64,000 nt of DNA. It comes from Elainellaceae cyanobacterium. GTDB taxonomy: Bacteria > Cyanobacteriota > Cyanobacteriia > CAKZMO01. Under the pieces are notes generated by a model. The model had not been told where the DNA came from. It worked only from the letters and a program-made list of their open reading frames with translations, and made no database searches. Positions 9,878 through 18,406 of this stretch are shown here, in pieces. Each line of letters opens with the position of its first letter. The stretch's first letter is position 1. The stretch lies in NCBI GenBank assembly GCA_050331115.1, contig JBHJHD010000019.1, forward strand, positions 67,390 to 131,389, read 5' to 3'. Position numbers and translations under genes: made by a program.

Positions 9878-11050
9878 CTGCTCTACCAGCGTGGCAATCC
9901 CCAATCCACCGCCAATGCCAATAGTTGCCAGTCCCAAAGCGCCTGAAGACCCATACTTCAGCAGTCGAAACAGCCGCGTCACTAAAATTGCCCCAGAGGC
10001 CCCATAGGGATGACCGAGGGCGATCGCCCCCCCCGCCACGTTTATCCGAGACGGGTCCAGCGCTAGCCGATCGACGCAGGCCAGTACCTGGGCCGCAAAC
10101 GCCTCGTTGAACTCGATGCGCTCAATGTCCTGCAGCGCCAAACCAGGCTGGCGGGCCAGTAGCGCCTCTACGGCAGCCACCGGCCCCAGACCCGGCAAAC
10201 TCGGCGCGACCCCGACGGCTACCGCGTCCACAACCCGCAGGCCTTGGGTAAAGCCGTGCTGCTCGAACAGGCGACGCGACAGGATCAGCGCCGCCGCCGC
10301 CCCGTCGTTAATGGGGCAGGCATTGCCCACCGTCACCGTGCCGTCTGGGGCAAAAGCGGGGGGGAGGCGCTGAAGCCGCTGGCGGGTCAGGGTAGGGCGG
10401 GGGCACTCGTCGGTGTCGATAACGGTGGTGGACGAGAGGGCTACGGGGACGATTTCGTCGGTAAACCTCCCCTCGCGCTGGGCGTGCACCGCCTTCTGAT
10501 GGCTGCTTAGGGCATAGTCATCCTGGCGATCGCGGCTGATGCCAAAGGTTTGGGCGATCGCCTCCGCCGCTGGCCCCATGTCCGGGTCTCCTAGGGCTTC
10601 GGGGGCAAACCTGGCCCGGTGGGCAAAGCGGGGCAGCTCGTGCAGCGAGCGGGGCTTTTCCACGCGCCAGGGCGCAGTGCTGACGCTCTCCACACCCCCC
10701 GCAATATAGACCTCGCCCGCCCCTGCCTGAATCAGCCGCGCCGCTAGATTGATTGCCGCCAGACCTGAACCGCACTGCCGGTCGATCGTCAGGCCGGGCA
10801 CCGTCATGGGCAGCCCCGTCGCCAGCAGCGCCAGCCGCGCGGGGTTGCCCCCCGGCCCGACTGCGTTGCCAATCACCACGTCATTCACCCGCTCAGGGGC
10901 CAGATTCGCGTCCTGCAGCAGCGATCGCAGCACCGGGGCTAGCAGCGCCTCGACGGGCAGGGTCTTGAGGCAGCCCCCGGCGCGGCCAATGGGGGTGCGC
11001 CGAGCGGCTACGATAATCGGGTCGCTGGGGGTCGGGGGCTGGCCTGACAT
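9863..11050 (-). CDS. thiolase-family protein (acetyl-CoA acyltransferase-like), second catalytic Cys absent
   Basis: Thiolase motifs are present: nucleophile DRQC93GSG, NEAFAAQ, GHPYGASG. The C-terminal box reads ATIGIGGGLG where thiolases have C(I/V)GGG. Confidence 0.85.
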   Translation of the reverse strand: MSGQPPTPSDPIIVAARRTPIGRAGGCLKTLPVEALLAPVLRSLLQDANLAPERVNDVVIGNAVGPGGNPARLALLATGLPMTVPGLTIDRQCGSGLAAINLAARLIQAGAGEVYIAGGVESVSTAPWRVEKPRSLHELPRFAHRARFAPEALGDPDMGPAAEAIAQTFGISRDRQDDYALSSHQKAVHAQREGRFTDEIVPVALSSTTVIDTDECPRPTLTRQRLQRLPPAFAPDGTVTVGNACPINDGAAAALILSRRLFEQHGFTQGLRVVDAVAVGVAPSLPGLGPVAAVEALLARQPGLALQDIERIEFNEAFAAQVLACVDRLALDPSRINVAGGAIALGHPYGASGAILVTRLFRLLKYGSSGALGLATIGIGGGLGIATLVEQVGPP

Positions 11051-11055
11051 TATCG

Positions 11056-12624
11056 CTAGCGAACCTCGTAGGGCGTCAGCTCACCGCGGCCCAGCCGCTC
11101 GGTCAGATGGGCTCTCGCCACCTTGCCGCTAGGCGTCAAGGGCAGCTCGGGCAGCGCATAGACGCGGCGGGGCAGGGCGTGGCGGCTTAGGTAGGGCCGC
11201 AGCTGCAGCCGTAGCGATCGCCGCGTCAGACCCACCTCTCGCCACACCACCACCGCGTGAATCACGTCGCCTCGACAGTCGTCGCTTAGCCCCAGCACTA
11301 CCGCCGCCACCACCTCGGGTAAATTCAGCAGCGCCGCCTCCACCGCCGCCGGGTCGACGTTCACCCCAGCGCACAGCAGCATCTCTTCGCGCCCCGCCAA
11401 ATACAGGTAGCCCTGGGCATCCCGCCAGCCGCGATCGCCTACGGTCCACCAGCCGTTGACCTGCCGAAATCCTGAAGCCGGCCTGTCGGTCGATGCTCCT
11501 AAAGCGTCGGTCAGATAGCCAGAGCAAATCATCGTGCTGCGCACGCTTACCCAGCCGCATTCGTCAACGTTGGCCTCCCCGGAGCCGTCCTGCCGCTGAA
11601 TGGAGAGCTCTACACTCTTAAAGGGGCGACCCACCGACGCGGCAGGCACGGCATTTCCCGCGCGCAGGCTGACAAACCCCAGCTCCGATGCGCCGTAATA
11701 CTCTACGACGCGGGCCTGAGGAAACGCCTGGGCGACCGCTGAGGCGATGCGGTCGGTGAGCTTGGCTCCGCCGGAGACAAGCAGCCTCACCGAAGGAAAC
11801 GCCGCGTCCTGGGCGATCGCCGCACTCGCCAGCTGGTACAGCAGCGTGGGTACAGCCACAATGACGGTGATCGCATGCTGCCGGAACTGAGCCATGGCCG
11901 CCCGGCCCGTAGCCTGATGGAGTAAATGCAGCGCTGCCCCGGCAGAAAGTACCTCAACAGTGGTGTAGAGGGATAGGCTGTGGGCCAGCTCACCCGGCAC
12001 GAGCACGCGGTCCGTAGGCCCAATTCCAAACTCAGTGCGGCTTGCGGCTAGGCCATCTAGCCAAGAGCGGTGGGTTTTGATGATGCCCTTGGGCTGTCCG
12101 GTGGTGCCGGAGGTGAAGCAGATGTAGAAGGGGCGATCGGCATCGGCTGGCGCTTCGGTAAGGATATCCCGCTTAAGCGCCCGCCCAGAAGATGCAGACG
12201 GCTGCGATCGCCAGGGGACGACGGATGACGGTAGAGCAGTAATCGACGGGATTTCTACAGACGGCGGCAGCGACCCAAGCCGCGCTGCCTCCCCCACCAG
12301 TCCGTCAGGCGGCCAGCGGCCTAGTACTGCTTGGACCTGGGCCAATCCCCAGCGGGGCGAGAGCACCATGGCGACGCCTCCTGCCGCCGCCGTCCCCAGA
12401 AACACCTGCAGAAATTCAATGCGGTTGGCGCTCAGTAGGGCCACCAGCGGGGACTTTTGGGGACGATCGCCGACCTCGCTAAGCCGAGCCGCCCAGGCCG
12501 CGACCTGCTGAACCTCGCTGAGAAGCGCACCGTAAGCATATGCGCAGTCATCCAGCACCACCGCAGTCCGCTCCGGCGTCTGGGTGGCGCGCACTATGAA
12601 TTCGTCAGTAATCCGGTGCTGCAT
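11056..12624 (-). CDS. AMP-dependent synthetase/ligase (acyl-CoA synthetase family)
   Basis: Adenylate-forming core motifs: FTSGTTGQPKGI, YGASE, GDRGWRDAQGYLYLAGR, PSGKVAR. A 5-nt gap to the thiolase gene. Confidence 0.85.
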   Translation of the reverse strand: MQHRITDEFIVRATQTPERTAVVLDDCAYAYGALLSEVQQVAAWAARLSEVGDRPQKSPLVALLSANRIEFLQVFLGTAAAGGVAMVLSPRWGLAQVQAVLGRWPPDGLVGEAARLGSLPPSVEIPSITALPSSVVPWRSQPSASSGRALKRDILTEAPADADRPFYICFTSGTTGQPKGIIKTHRSWLDGLAASRTEFGIGPTDRVLVPGELAHSLSLYTTVEVLSAGAALHLLHQATGRAAMAQFRQHAITVIVAVPTLLYQLASAAIAQDAAFPSVRLLVSGGAKLTDRIASAVAQAFPQARVVEYYGASELGFVSLRAGNAVPAASVGRPFKSVELSIQRQDGSGEANVDECGWVSVRSTMICSGYLTDALGASTDRPASGFRQVNGWWTVGDRGWRDAQGYLYLAGREEMLLCAGVNVDPAAVEAALLNLPEVVAAVVLGLSDDCRGDVIHAVVVWREVGLTRRSLRLQLRPYLSRHALPRRVYALPELPLTPSGKVARAHLTERLGRGELTPYEVR

Positions 12625-12660
12625 CGGGAGGTGAGGCGCTGCCTGAAAAGATAGCGGGGT

Positions 12661-13293
12661 CTAGGATTTAGCGATCGCCGGGTAGGCGCGCTTTACGGCC
12701 ACCACGGCCACCGCCGCGATCGCCGCCTTAACGAGGTCGCCAGGGATGAACGCCAGCGAGCCTTGGGCGGCCTGCAGCAGCGGTAGCTCGGAGGCGATCG
12801 CCAGCCAGGGTACGCCGAGGGCGTAGATGACGCCAACGCCGCCAACGACGTTGATTGCAAACGCTAGGGGCATATTCAGCCGCCCCCAAAATTGCTGCAC
12901 TAGCGCCCCAATCACCGCCGCCGCCAGCGGAAACGCCAGCAAAAACCCCCCCGACGGCCCCAAAAACACCCCCAACCCGCCCCGCCCCCCCGACAGCAGC
13001 GGCAGCCCCACCGCCACGAGCACTAGAAACACCAGCAGCGCCAGCCCGCCCCGCCGCATTCCCAAGATTGAGCCCGCCAGCATCACCCCCAAAGACTGAG
13101 CCGTAACAGGCACCGGAATAAAGGGCAGCAGGACAGGCGGAACCAGTCCCAGCACCGCCACTAGGGCCGCGAACAGGGCGGTGTAGACGATATCGCGATT
13201 GGTCATAGTATCCGAAGCATGAGCCGTTAGACTCGATACTAGATTCAAAACATTAGATTCACAAAACATCAGACTCAAAAGTATATCGCTCAA
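12661..13293 (-). CDS. bioY: biotin transporter BioY (ECF S component)
   Basis: Polytopic BioY-like sequence (PVPVTAQSLGVMLAG..., GGLGVFLGPSGGFLLAFPL, IPGDLVK). ATG 13293 overlaps the upstream stop (ATGA). ATG 13206 (MTNRDIV) is an alternative, because 13207-13289 is AT-rich and repeat-bearing. Confidence 0.85.
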   Translation of the reverse strand: MSDILLSLMFCESNVLNLVSSLTAHASDTMTNRDIVYTALFAALVAVLGLVPPVLLPFIPVPVTAQSLGVMLAGSILGMRRGGLALLVFLVLVAVGLPLLSGGRGGLGVFLGPSGGFLLAFPLAAAVIGALVQQFWGRLNMPLAFAINVVGGVGVIYALGVPWLAIASELPLLQAAQGSLAFIPGDLVKAAIAAVAVVAVKRAYPAIAKS

Positions 13294-13889
13294 TCGGTCC
13301 CATACCCGCGCGCGTCTAAGGCCTCAGTCACCTGGTCCGCCAGCCGCAGCGTCTTCACCAGCAGCGGCACCCACAGCGTCAAGGCTGGGCGAGATACCCC
13401 CCGGGCCTGCTGCGCCGCCTGAATTTCCTGTATCTGCGCCAGCAGGACTGGAATAAAGCGCACGGTGAGCATGAGGATTAGGGTAACAGTGTCGACAGGG
13501 ACTCCGAAGCGCACCAGAGGCCGCAGCGATCGCTCCAGCACGTCCATCATGGCGGTAACCTGGGTGGTCAGACTCACGACCGCGGCCAGCAGCACCAGCA
13601 CAACAAAGCGCAGCACCACCGCCACCCCGGCTTCCCAGGTGGTTGCCCAGCCGTGCAGCAGCAGGATGCCCAGCAGCACGGGCATCAGGGGCCGCAGCTG
13701 CTGGGCTACCTGCCGGGGCGGCAGCCGCGCGACGGCGGCACCCAGCGTCACCACACCCAGCGCCACGAGCAAGCCAGCCACTGAGCGCATCCAGAATAGG
13801 CCCACCCCCGCACAGGCCAGCGTCAGCAGCTTGACGGCGGCGGGGAGGCGGTGGATGGGCGAGGCGCGGGGAATATAGAGGCCTAGCAC
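13290..13889 (-). CDS. bioN: ECF transporter transmembrane (T) component, BioN/CbiQ-like
   Basis: 199-aa polytopic protein with a CbiQ-like C-terminal region (ARGVSR...). Sits between an ECF ATPase gene and bioY. Confidence 0.75.
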   Translation of the reverse strand: MLGLYIPRASPIHRLPAAVKLLTLACAGVGLFWMRSVAGLLVALGVVTLGAAVARLPPRQVAQQLRPLMPVLLGILLLHGWATTWEAGVAVVLRFVVLVLLAAVVSLTTQVTAMMDVLERSLRPLVRFGVPVDTVTLILMLTVRFIPVLLAQIQEIQAAQQARGVSRPALTLWVPLLVKTLRLADQVTEALDARGYGTD

Positions 13890-13916
13890 TTTGAGACTTG
13901 CACGTCGAGACTTGAC

Positions 13917-14603
13917 CTATGGACTTTTAGCCATCAGCTTCCGATAGTAGGCGATCGCCGCCCCGGGTTCCCCATCCCAAGCGACGCGACCCTGGCTGAG
14001 CACAATAACCCGGTCAAAATCCAGCAGCAAGTCTAGATCGTGGGACACCACGACGATGGGCTGCGCTAGGCCGCGCAAGAGCTGCTGTACCCGGTTGCGG
14101 TTGCGCAGGTCCAGCAAAGTGGTAGGTTCGTCGAACACCACGTACTGGGGCCGCATCACCATTACGGCGGCGATCGCTAAAAGCTGCTTCTCCCCGCCGC
14201 TGAGGGCGTGGGCAGGCTGATGGCGCAGCGCGCCCAGTCCGTAGCGGGCTAGGGCATCGTCAACCCGCTGCCGCCGAATTGCCGGGGGCAGCTTCAAAAT
14301 CTTCAGCCCAAACTCAACATCTTCCTCAACCGTAGGCAAAATAATCTGGCTATCCGGGTTTTGAAATACGAAGCCCACCTTGCGACGAATCTGGCGAATT
14401 TGCCTGCGAGTGTCCAGACCGTCGATGAGCACCTGCCCTCGATCGGGGAGCACTAGCCCGTTGAGCAGCCGGACTAACGTGCTCTTACCGGAACCGTTGC
14501 TGCCGATGACGCCGATGCGCGGCTCGCCGAGCCGAAGGTCAATGTCCTGTAGGACAGGCCGAGAGGGATCGAAGCAGTGAGAAACGCGCTGTAGCTCAAT
14601 CAC
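13917..14603 (-). CDS. bioM: ECF transporter ATPase component, BioM/CbiO-like
   Basis: Walker A GSNGSGKST, signature LSGGEKQ, Walker B VVFDEPT, H-loop SHD. Confidence 0.85.
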   Translation of the reverse strand: MIELQRVSHCFDPSRPVLQDIDLRLGEPRIGVIGSNGSGKSTLVRLLNGLVLPDRGQVLIDGLDTRRQIRQIRRKVGFVFQNPDSQIILPTVEEDVEFGLKILKLPPAIRRQRVDDALARYGLGALRHQPAHALSGGEKQLLAIAAVMVMRPQYVVFDEPTTLLDLRNRNRVQQLLRGLAQPIVVVSHDLDLLLDFDRVIVLSQGRVAWDGEPGAAIAYYRKLMAKSP

Positions 14604-14635
14604 CGCTCTCGATTATCACAGAGCCTGTGCATCGG

Positions 14636-14702
14636 CCCCCTTAAATCCCCCAATTCTGGAGGATTTGGACTCAGCACCCCCCAGAATTGGAGGGCAGGGG
14701 GG
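14636..14702. repeat. C-run/G-run flanked palindromic element
   Basis: CCCCCTTAAATCCCCCAATTCTGGAGG...CCCCCCAGAATTGGAGGGCAGGGGGG. A 10-bp inverted core CCAATTCTGG (14650-59) / CCAGAATTGG (14681-90). Confidence 0.4.
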
Positions 14703-14933
14703 CTACTGTGGATTAACCATATAAGTCTTAAATCAATGCGATGCATCGTAAAGCCACTCCGATCGCTCTGTGCCGGTTTGCCAATTTCTTGTAAATCCTA
14801 AATTGACCTAGCGACAAAGGAGTTCATTTTTTGTAATATTGAGCAAATATACTGTAGCATCGGCTTCACTAGCGATTTACAGACCTCTCTAGAGTAAAGA
14901 ATAGTAAGCACCTTACGGTTAAGGGACGGCGGT

Positions 14934-16286
14934 ATGCATATGAAAAATTCAGCTCAGCAGGCTCACCGAGTGGTTATTGTCGGCGGTGGTTTTGGCGGGC
15001 TTTACACGGCCAAGGCGCTGAAGAACGCGCCGGTAGATGTGACCCTGATCGATCGCCGCAACTTCCACCTGTTTCAGCCGCTGCTCTACCAAGTTGCCAC
15101 TGGCACCGTTTCCCCAGCCGACATTTCCTCTCCGCTGCGGGCCATCCTCAGCCACAACCGCAACACCAAGGTGCTCCTAGACGAAGTTGTCGACATCGAC
15201 CCCGAACAAAAGCAAGTGCTCTGTAAGCACGAGACCGTCCCCTATGACACCCTGATTATGGCCACCGGGGTGAGCCATCACTACTTCGGCAACGACCAGT
15301 GGCAAGAGCACGCCCCTGGCCTAAAGACTGTGGAAGATGCGCTGGAAATTCGCCGCCGCATTTTCATGGCTTTTGAGGCCGCCGAGAAGGAGTCTGACCC
15401 GGCGAAGCAGGCGGAATGGCTGACGTTTGTGATTGCGGGGGGTGGCCCCACCGGCGTGGAGCTGGCCGGGGCGATCGCTGAGCTGGCCTACAACATCCTG
15501 CCCCAGGACTTCCGCCGCATCGACACCCGCAAGTCGCGCGTGGTGCTGGTGGAAGGCATGGACCGCGTACTGCCCCCCTACGACCCATCGCTCTCCGAGC
15601 GGGCGGCCGAGTCGCTGCAGGGGCTAGGCGTTAGCGTGGTCACCGATTCCCTCGTTACCGACGTGCAGCCAGACCAGGTGACGCTGAAAAAGAAAGACGG
15701 CACCACCGAAACCATCGGCACGCGCACGGTGCTCTGGGCGGCTGGCGTCCGGGCCTCGAAGATGGGCAAGGTGCTCGCGTCTCGCACCGGCGCTGAGCTA
15801 GACCGGGCGGGCCGCGTGATGGTGGGACCGCGCTTGCACCTAGAAAACTACGACAGCGTCTTTGTAATTGGCGATCTGGCCCATGTGTCCCACCAGGGCG
15901 ATCGCCCGCTGCCGGGGGTCGCGCCCGTAGCCATGCAGGAGGCAAATTACGTGGCGAAGCTGGTTAAGCACCGCCTAGCCGGAAAGGCCGCCCCGGAGTT
16001 TCGCTATGTGGATCGCGGTAGCCTGGCGGTGATCGGCAAGAATGCCGCTGTGGTAGACCTAGGGTTCGTCAAGTTCTCGGGCTTCCTAGCCTGGCTGATC
16101 TGGATCTTTGCCCACATCTACTACCTGATTGAGTTTGACAATAAGCTGGTGGTAATGACGCAGTGGGCCTGGAGCTACTTTACGAGTAAGAGCGGCGCTC
16201 GCCTGATTACGGGACCTGAGGCGTTTAACCTGAGGCTGCCGACCGCGAATCAGACGGTGAAGGAGCGGGAGAAGACGCCTGCTTAG
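14934..16286 (+). CDS. type II NADH dehydrogenase (NDH-2)
   Basis: Two dinucleotide folds (VVIVGGGFGGLY; FVIAGGGPTGVELAG). NFHLFQPLLYQVATG and FVIGD motifs. C-terminal membrane-association helix. Confidence 0.9.
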   Translation: MHMKNSAQQAHRVVIVGGGFGGLYTAKALKNAPVDVTLIDRRNFHLFQPLLYQVATGTVSPADISSPLRAILSHNRNTKVLLDEVVDIDPEQKQVLCKHETVPYDTLIMATGVSHHYFGNDQWQEHAPGLKTVEDALEIRRRIFMAFEAAEKESDPAKQAEWLTFVIAGGGPTGVELAGAIAELAYNILPQDFRRIDTRKSRVVLVEGMDRVLPPYDPSLSERAAESLQGLGVSVVTDSLVTDVQPDQVTLKKKDGTTETIGTRTVLWAAGVRASKMGKVLASRTGAELDRAGRVMVGPRLHLENYDSVFVIGDLAHVSHQGDRPLPGVAPVAMQEANYVAKLVKHRLAGKAAPEFRYVDRGSLAVIGKNAAVVDLGFVKFSGFLAWLIWIFAHIYYLIEFDNKLVVMTQWAWSYFTSKSGARLITGPEAFNLRLPTANQTVKEREKTPA

Positions 16287-16400
16287 CGGCTTGAGCCCTG
16301 ATCGCTTTTTGATAGCTTTTGCGGTCTAAAGCGAACCCTACGCCAAACTCTAGCTGGTACAGGTTTAGCTTGTGTGGAAAATCGCGCTACATCCCGGCTT

Positions 16401-16455
16401 TACCCCTCTTAATCTCCCCTTGCAAGGGGGAGAAATTGTGGTTCTCCCCCTTGAG
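16401..16455. repeat. C-run/G-run hairpin element between convergent genes
   Basis: TCTCCCCTTGCAAGGGGGAGA imperfect hairpin (16413-16433), followed by a second CTCCCCCTT copy. Accounts for the spurious ORF 16319..16552. Confidence 0.4.
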
Positions 16456-16562
16456 CTTTGGCGTTAGCCTACCCGCAGGGCGTCGGGGAGCTAGAGGGAT
16501 CTTGCCAGGTCGCTATACAAATGCTCTAGCTGGCGCAGGATTCCTGGCTTAAAAGGGCTTGA

Positions 16563-18350
16563 CTATTCGCCCACAGCTACCCCTTCAGCGGGGTTTGCCG
16601 CGCTGCTAGATTCGCGAAAGCTGTTCAAGCCCCCCGTGGGCCATCCTTTAAGCCAGACCCCAAACCAGTTGTAGTGACGGGCCGCTGCGATCGCCACAAA
16701 CAGCAGGTCCAGGCCCACTACCCCAGCGATTACCAGCGCCGACCCCCCGGTGCCAAAGCCGTAGCTGTGCAGCCCCGTTCCCAGCACGAAGTTCACCCCA
16801 TACCAGGCCATCAGCACCGCGTTGAACGACACCACGCTAGCCACATTGATGCCAAAATCCCCCATCCAGCCCGTCAGCCGGCTGTGGAGCGGTGCCAGGT
16901 AGCACAGGAGAGCAATCAGCGCCCAGGTCTCCTTGGGGTCCCAGCCCCAAAAGCGCCCCCAAGAGAAGTGGGCCCAGATACCGCCCAGGATAATGCCCGC
17001 CGTCAGCAGCAGCACCCCCACCTGCAGCACCCGGTAGTTGAGCTGGGACAGGGTTTTGAACCGCTTTTTTTCGGTGGGGGCAAACAGGTCGTTGCCCAGG
17101 GCGACGTGGCCTAATCCCAGCGCCAGGGCAAAGCTGGCGTAGCTGAGGGCGATGGTGGGCACGTGAATGCTAAGCCAGAAGTTGTCCCGCAGTACGGGCA
17201 CCAGAGGCGAAATGCTGGGGTCGAGGACGGCGGGCAGACTATCCGCCAGAATCAGGCAGACCATCGCCAGGGGAGCCGCCGCTAGCAGGTAGTAGCGGCT
17301 GCGGGAGGTGAGTTCAAACAGGAGGGCGATCGCCGCGATGCCAAAGCCCACCCACACCACCGACTCATACATGTTGGTCACCGGGGGCCGTCCGGCAATC
17401 TGCATGCGCAGGAAAAAGCCATAGCTCTGCACCCCGATACCCGCCGTAAATAGGCCGATGGCGCTCCAGTAGAGGTCCCAGGGTTTGACCCAGAGGGCTA
17501 CCAGCATGACGATGAATGCTAAGCCGTATAGCCACCAGGCCTTGGCAAAGGGGTGGAAGTGGTTGAAATGGACCTCTCGCGCCAGCACCGCGTCGGCAGG
17601 ATAAATCTCAGGACTGAGCTGCTGTAGGCTCGCCTTGAGGCCGTCCGCCAGCGGCCCCACCATGGGTAAATGGGTCGACCCACCCCCATCAGACAAACCA
17701 GCTAGCAAGGCCTGCTGCATCAGGGCAAACTGGGCCATCACCGGGGCGATCGCCTCCGGTGAGTAGAGCTGCGGCGCGGTGCCCAGTCCGGCCCACTTTC
17801 CCTTACTCTCGCTGGGGTGAGGCACCACGGGCAGGCTTTTGTCTCCCACGGCCTGATACAGCAGGTTCAGCCGGCCTTCGATGGTCAGCGCCTCTCGCTC
17901 GTCGCGGCTGAGGTCTACGCCCTCGGCATCTTTCTGGTGCGCCTGCCCCACGATCGCCCCCAGCCCTCGGTTGGCCATTAGCTCTTGAAAGGTGAACTGC
18001 TTGCGTTCTAGGTCTAGGTTCGCTGCCTCTTTCAGGGGACGATAGCTGACCAGCACTACGGGCTCTTCGTTCCAGTTGCGGGTGTTGAACCACATGCCCA
18101 GGTAGGCGGTGAGGTAGTCTTCTCTCTCAACAGTTTCACCGCTGGTGTGGCGGTAGGCGGTGGAGCCGTGGATTTTGGCGATCGTTTCTTTGGCGACGGT
18201 GTCGAGGGGCTTTTTGCGCCCGTCAAGCTGCACGGCCAGGGTACGCAGGCTATCGAGTCCGTCGGGCTGGAACTGGCTGAGGGGCAGCAGTAGCAGGATA
18301 CAGCCTAAACACAGGCCGACCAGGAATTTTATGATATTGATGCCTTTCAT
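16563..18350 (-). CDS. CcsA/ResC-like cytochrome c biogenesis protein (System II haem lyase subunit) with long N-terminal extension
   Basis: WWD box WGRFWGWDPKETW (nt 16923-16961). Conserved His contexts (WLSIH, APLHS, GLHSY). Polytopic C-terminal ~330 aa. ~260-aa extra N-terminal domain behind a signal anchor. Confidence 0.85.
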   Translation of the reverse strand: MKGINIIKFLVGLCLGCILLLLPLSQFQPDGLDSLRTLAVQLDGRKKPLDTVAKETIAKIHGSTAYRHTSGETVEREDYLTAYLGMWFNTRNWNEEPVVLVSYRPLKEAANLDLERKQFTFQELMANRGLGAIVGQAHQKDAEGVDLSRDEREALTIEGRLNLLYQAVGDKSLPVVPHPSESKGKWAGLGTAPQLYSPEAIAPVMAQFALMQQALLAGLSDGGGSTHLPMVGPLADGLKASLQQLSPEIYPADAVLAREVHFNHFHPFAKAWWLYGLAFIVMLVALWVKPWDLYWSAIGLFTAGIGVQSYGFFLRMQIAGRPPVTNMYESVVWVGFGIAAIALLFELTSRSRYYLLAAAPLAMVCLILADSLPAVLDPSISPLVPVLRDNFWLSIHVPTIALSYASFALALGLGHVALGNDLFAPTEKKRFKTLSQLNYRVLQVGVLLLTAGIILGGIWAHFSWGRFWGWDPKETWALIALLCYLAPLHSRLTGWMGDFGINVASVVSFNAVLMAWYGVNFVLGTGLHSYGFGTGGSALVIAGVVGLDLLFVAIAAARHYNWFGVWLKGWPTGGLNSFRESSSAANPAEGVAVGE

Positions 18351-18406
18351 AATTATCCAAAATTGTTATTCACGGCGGGCGGTTTACGGTTTTTCAAAAT
18401 GGTTAT

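Noticed and set aside
16319-16552. 77-aa ORF between the NDH-2 and ccsA-like genes.
   Set aside because: It is encoded largely by the C-run/G-run palindromic repeat (…LLISPCKGEKLWFSPLSFG…), the typical pseudo-peptide of a repeat element.
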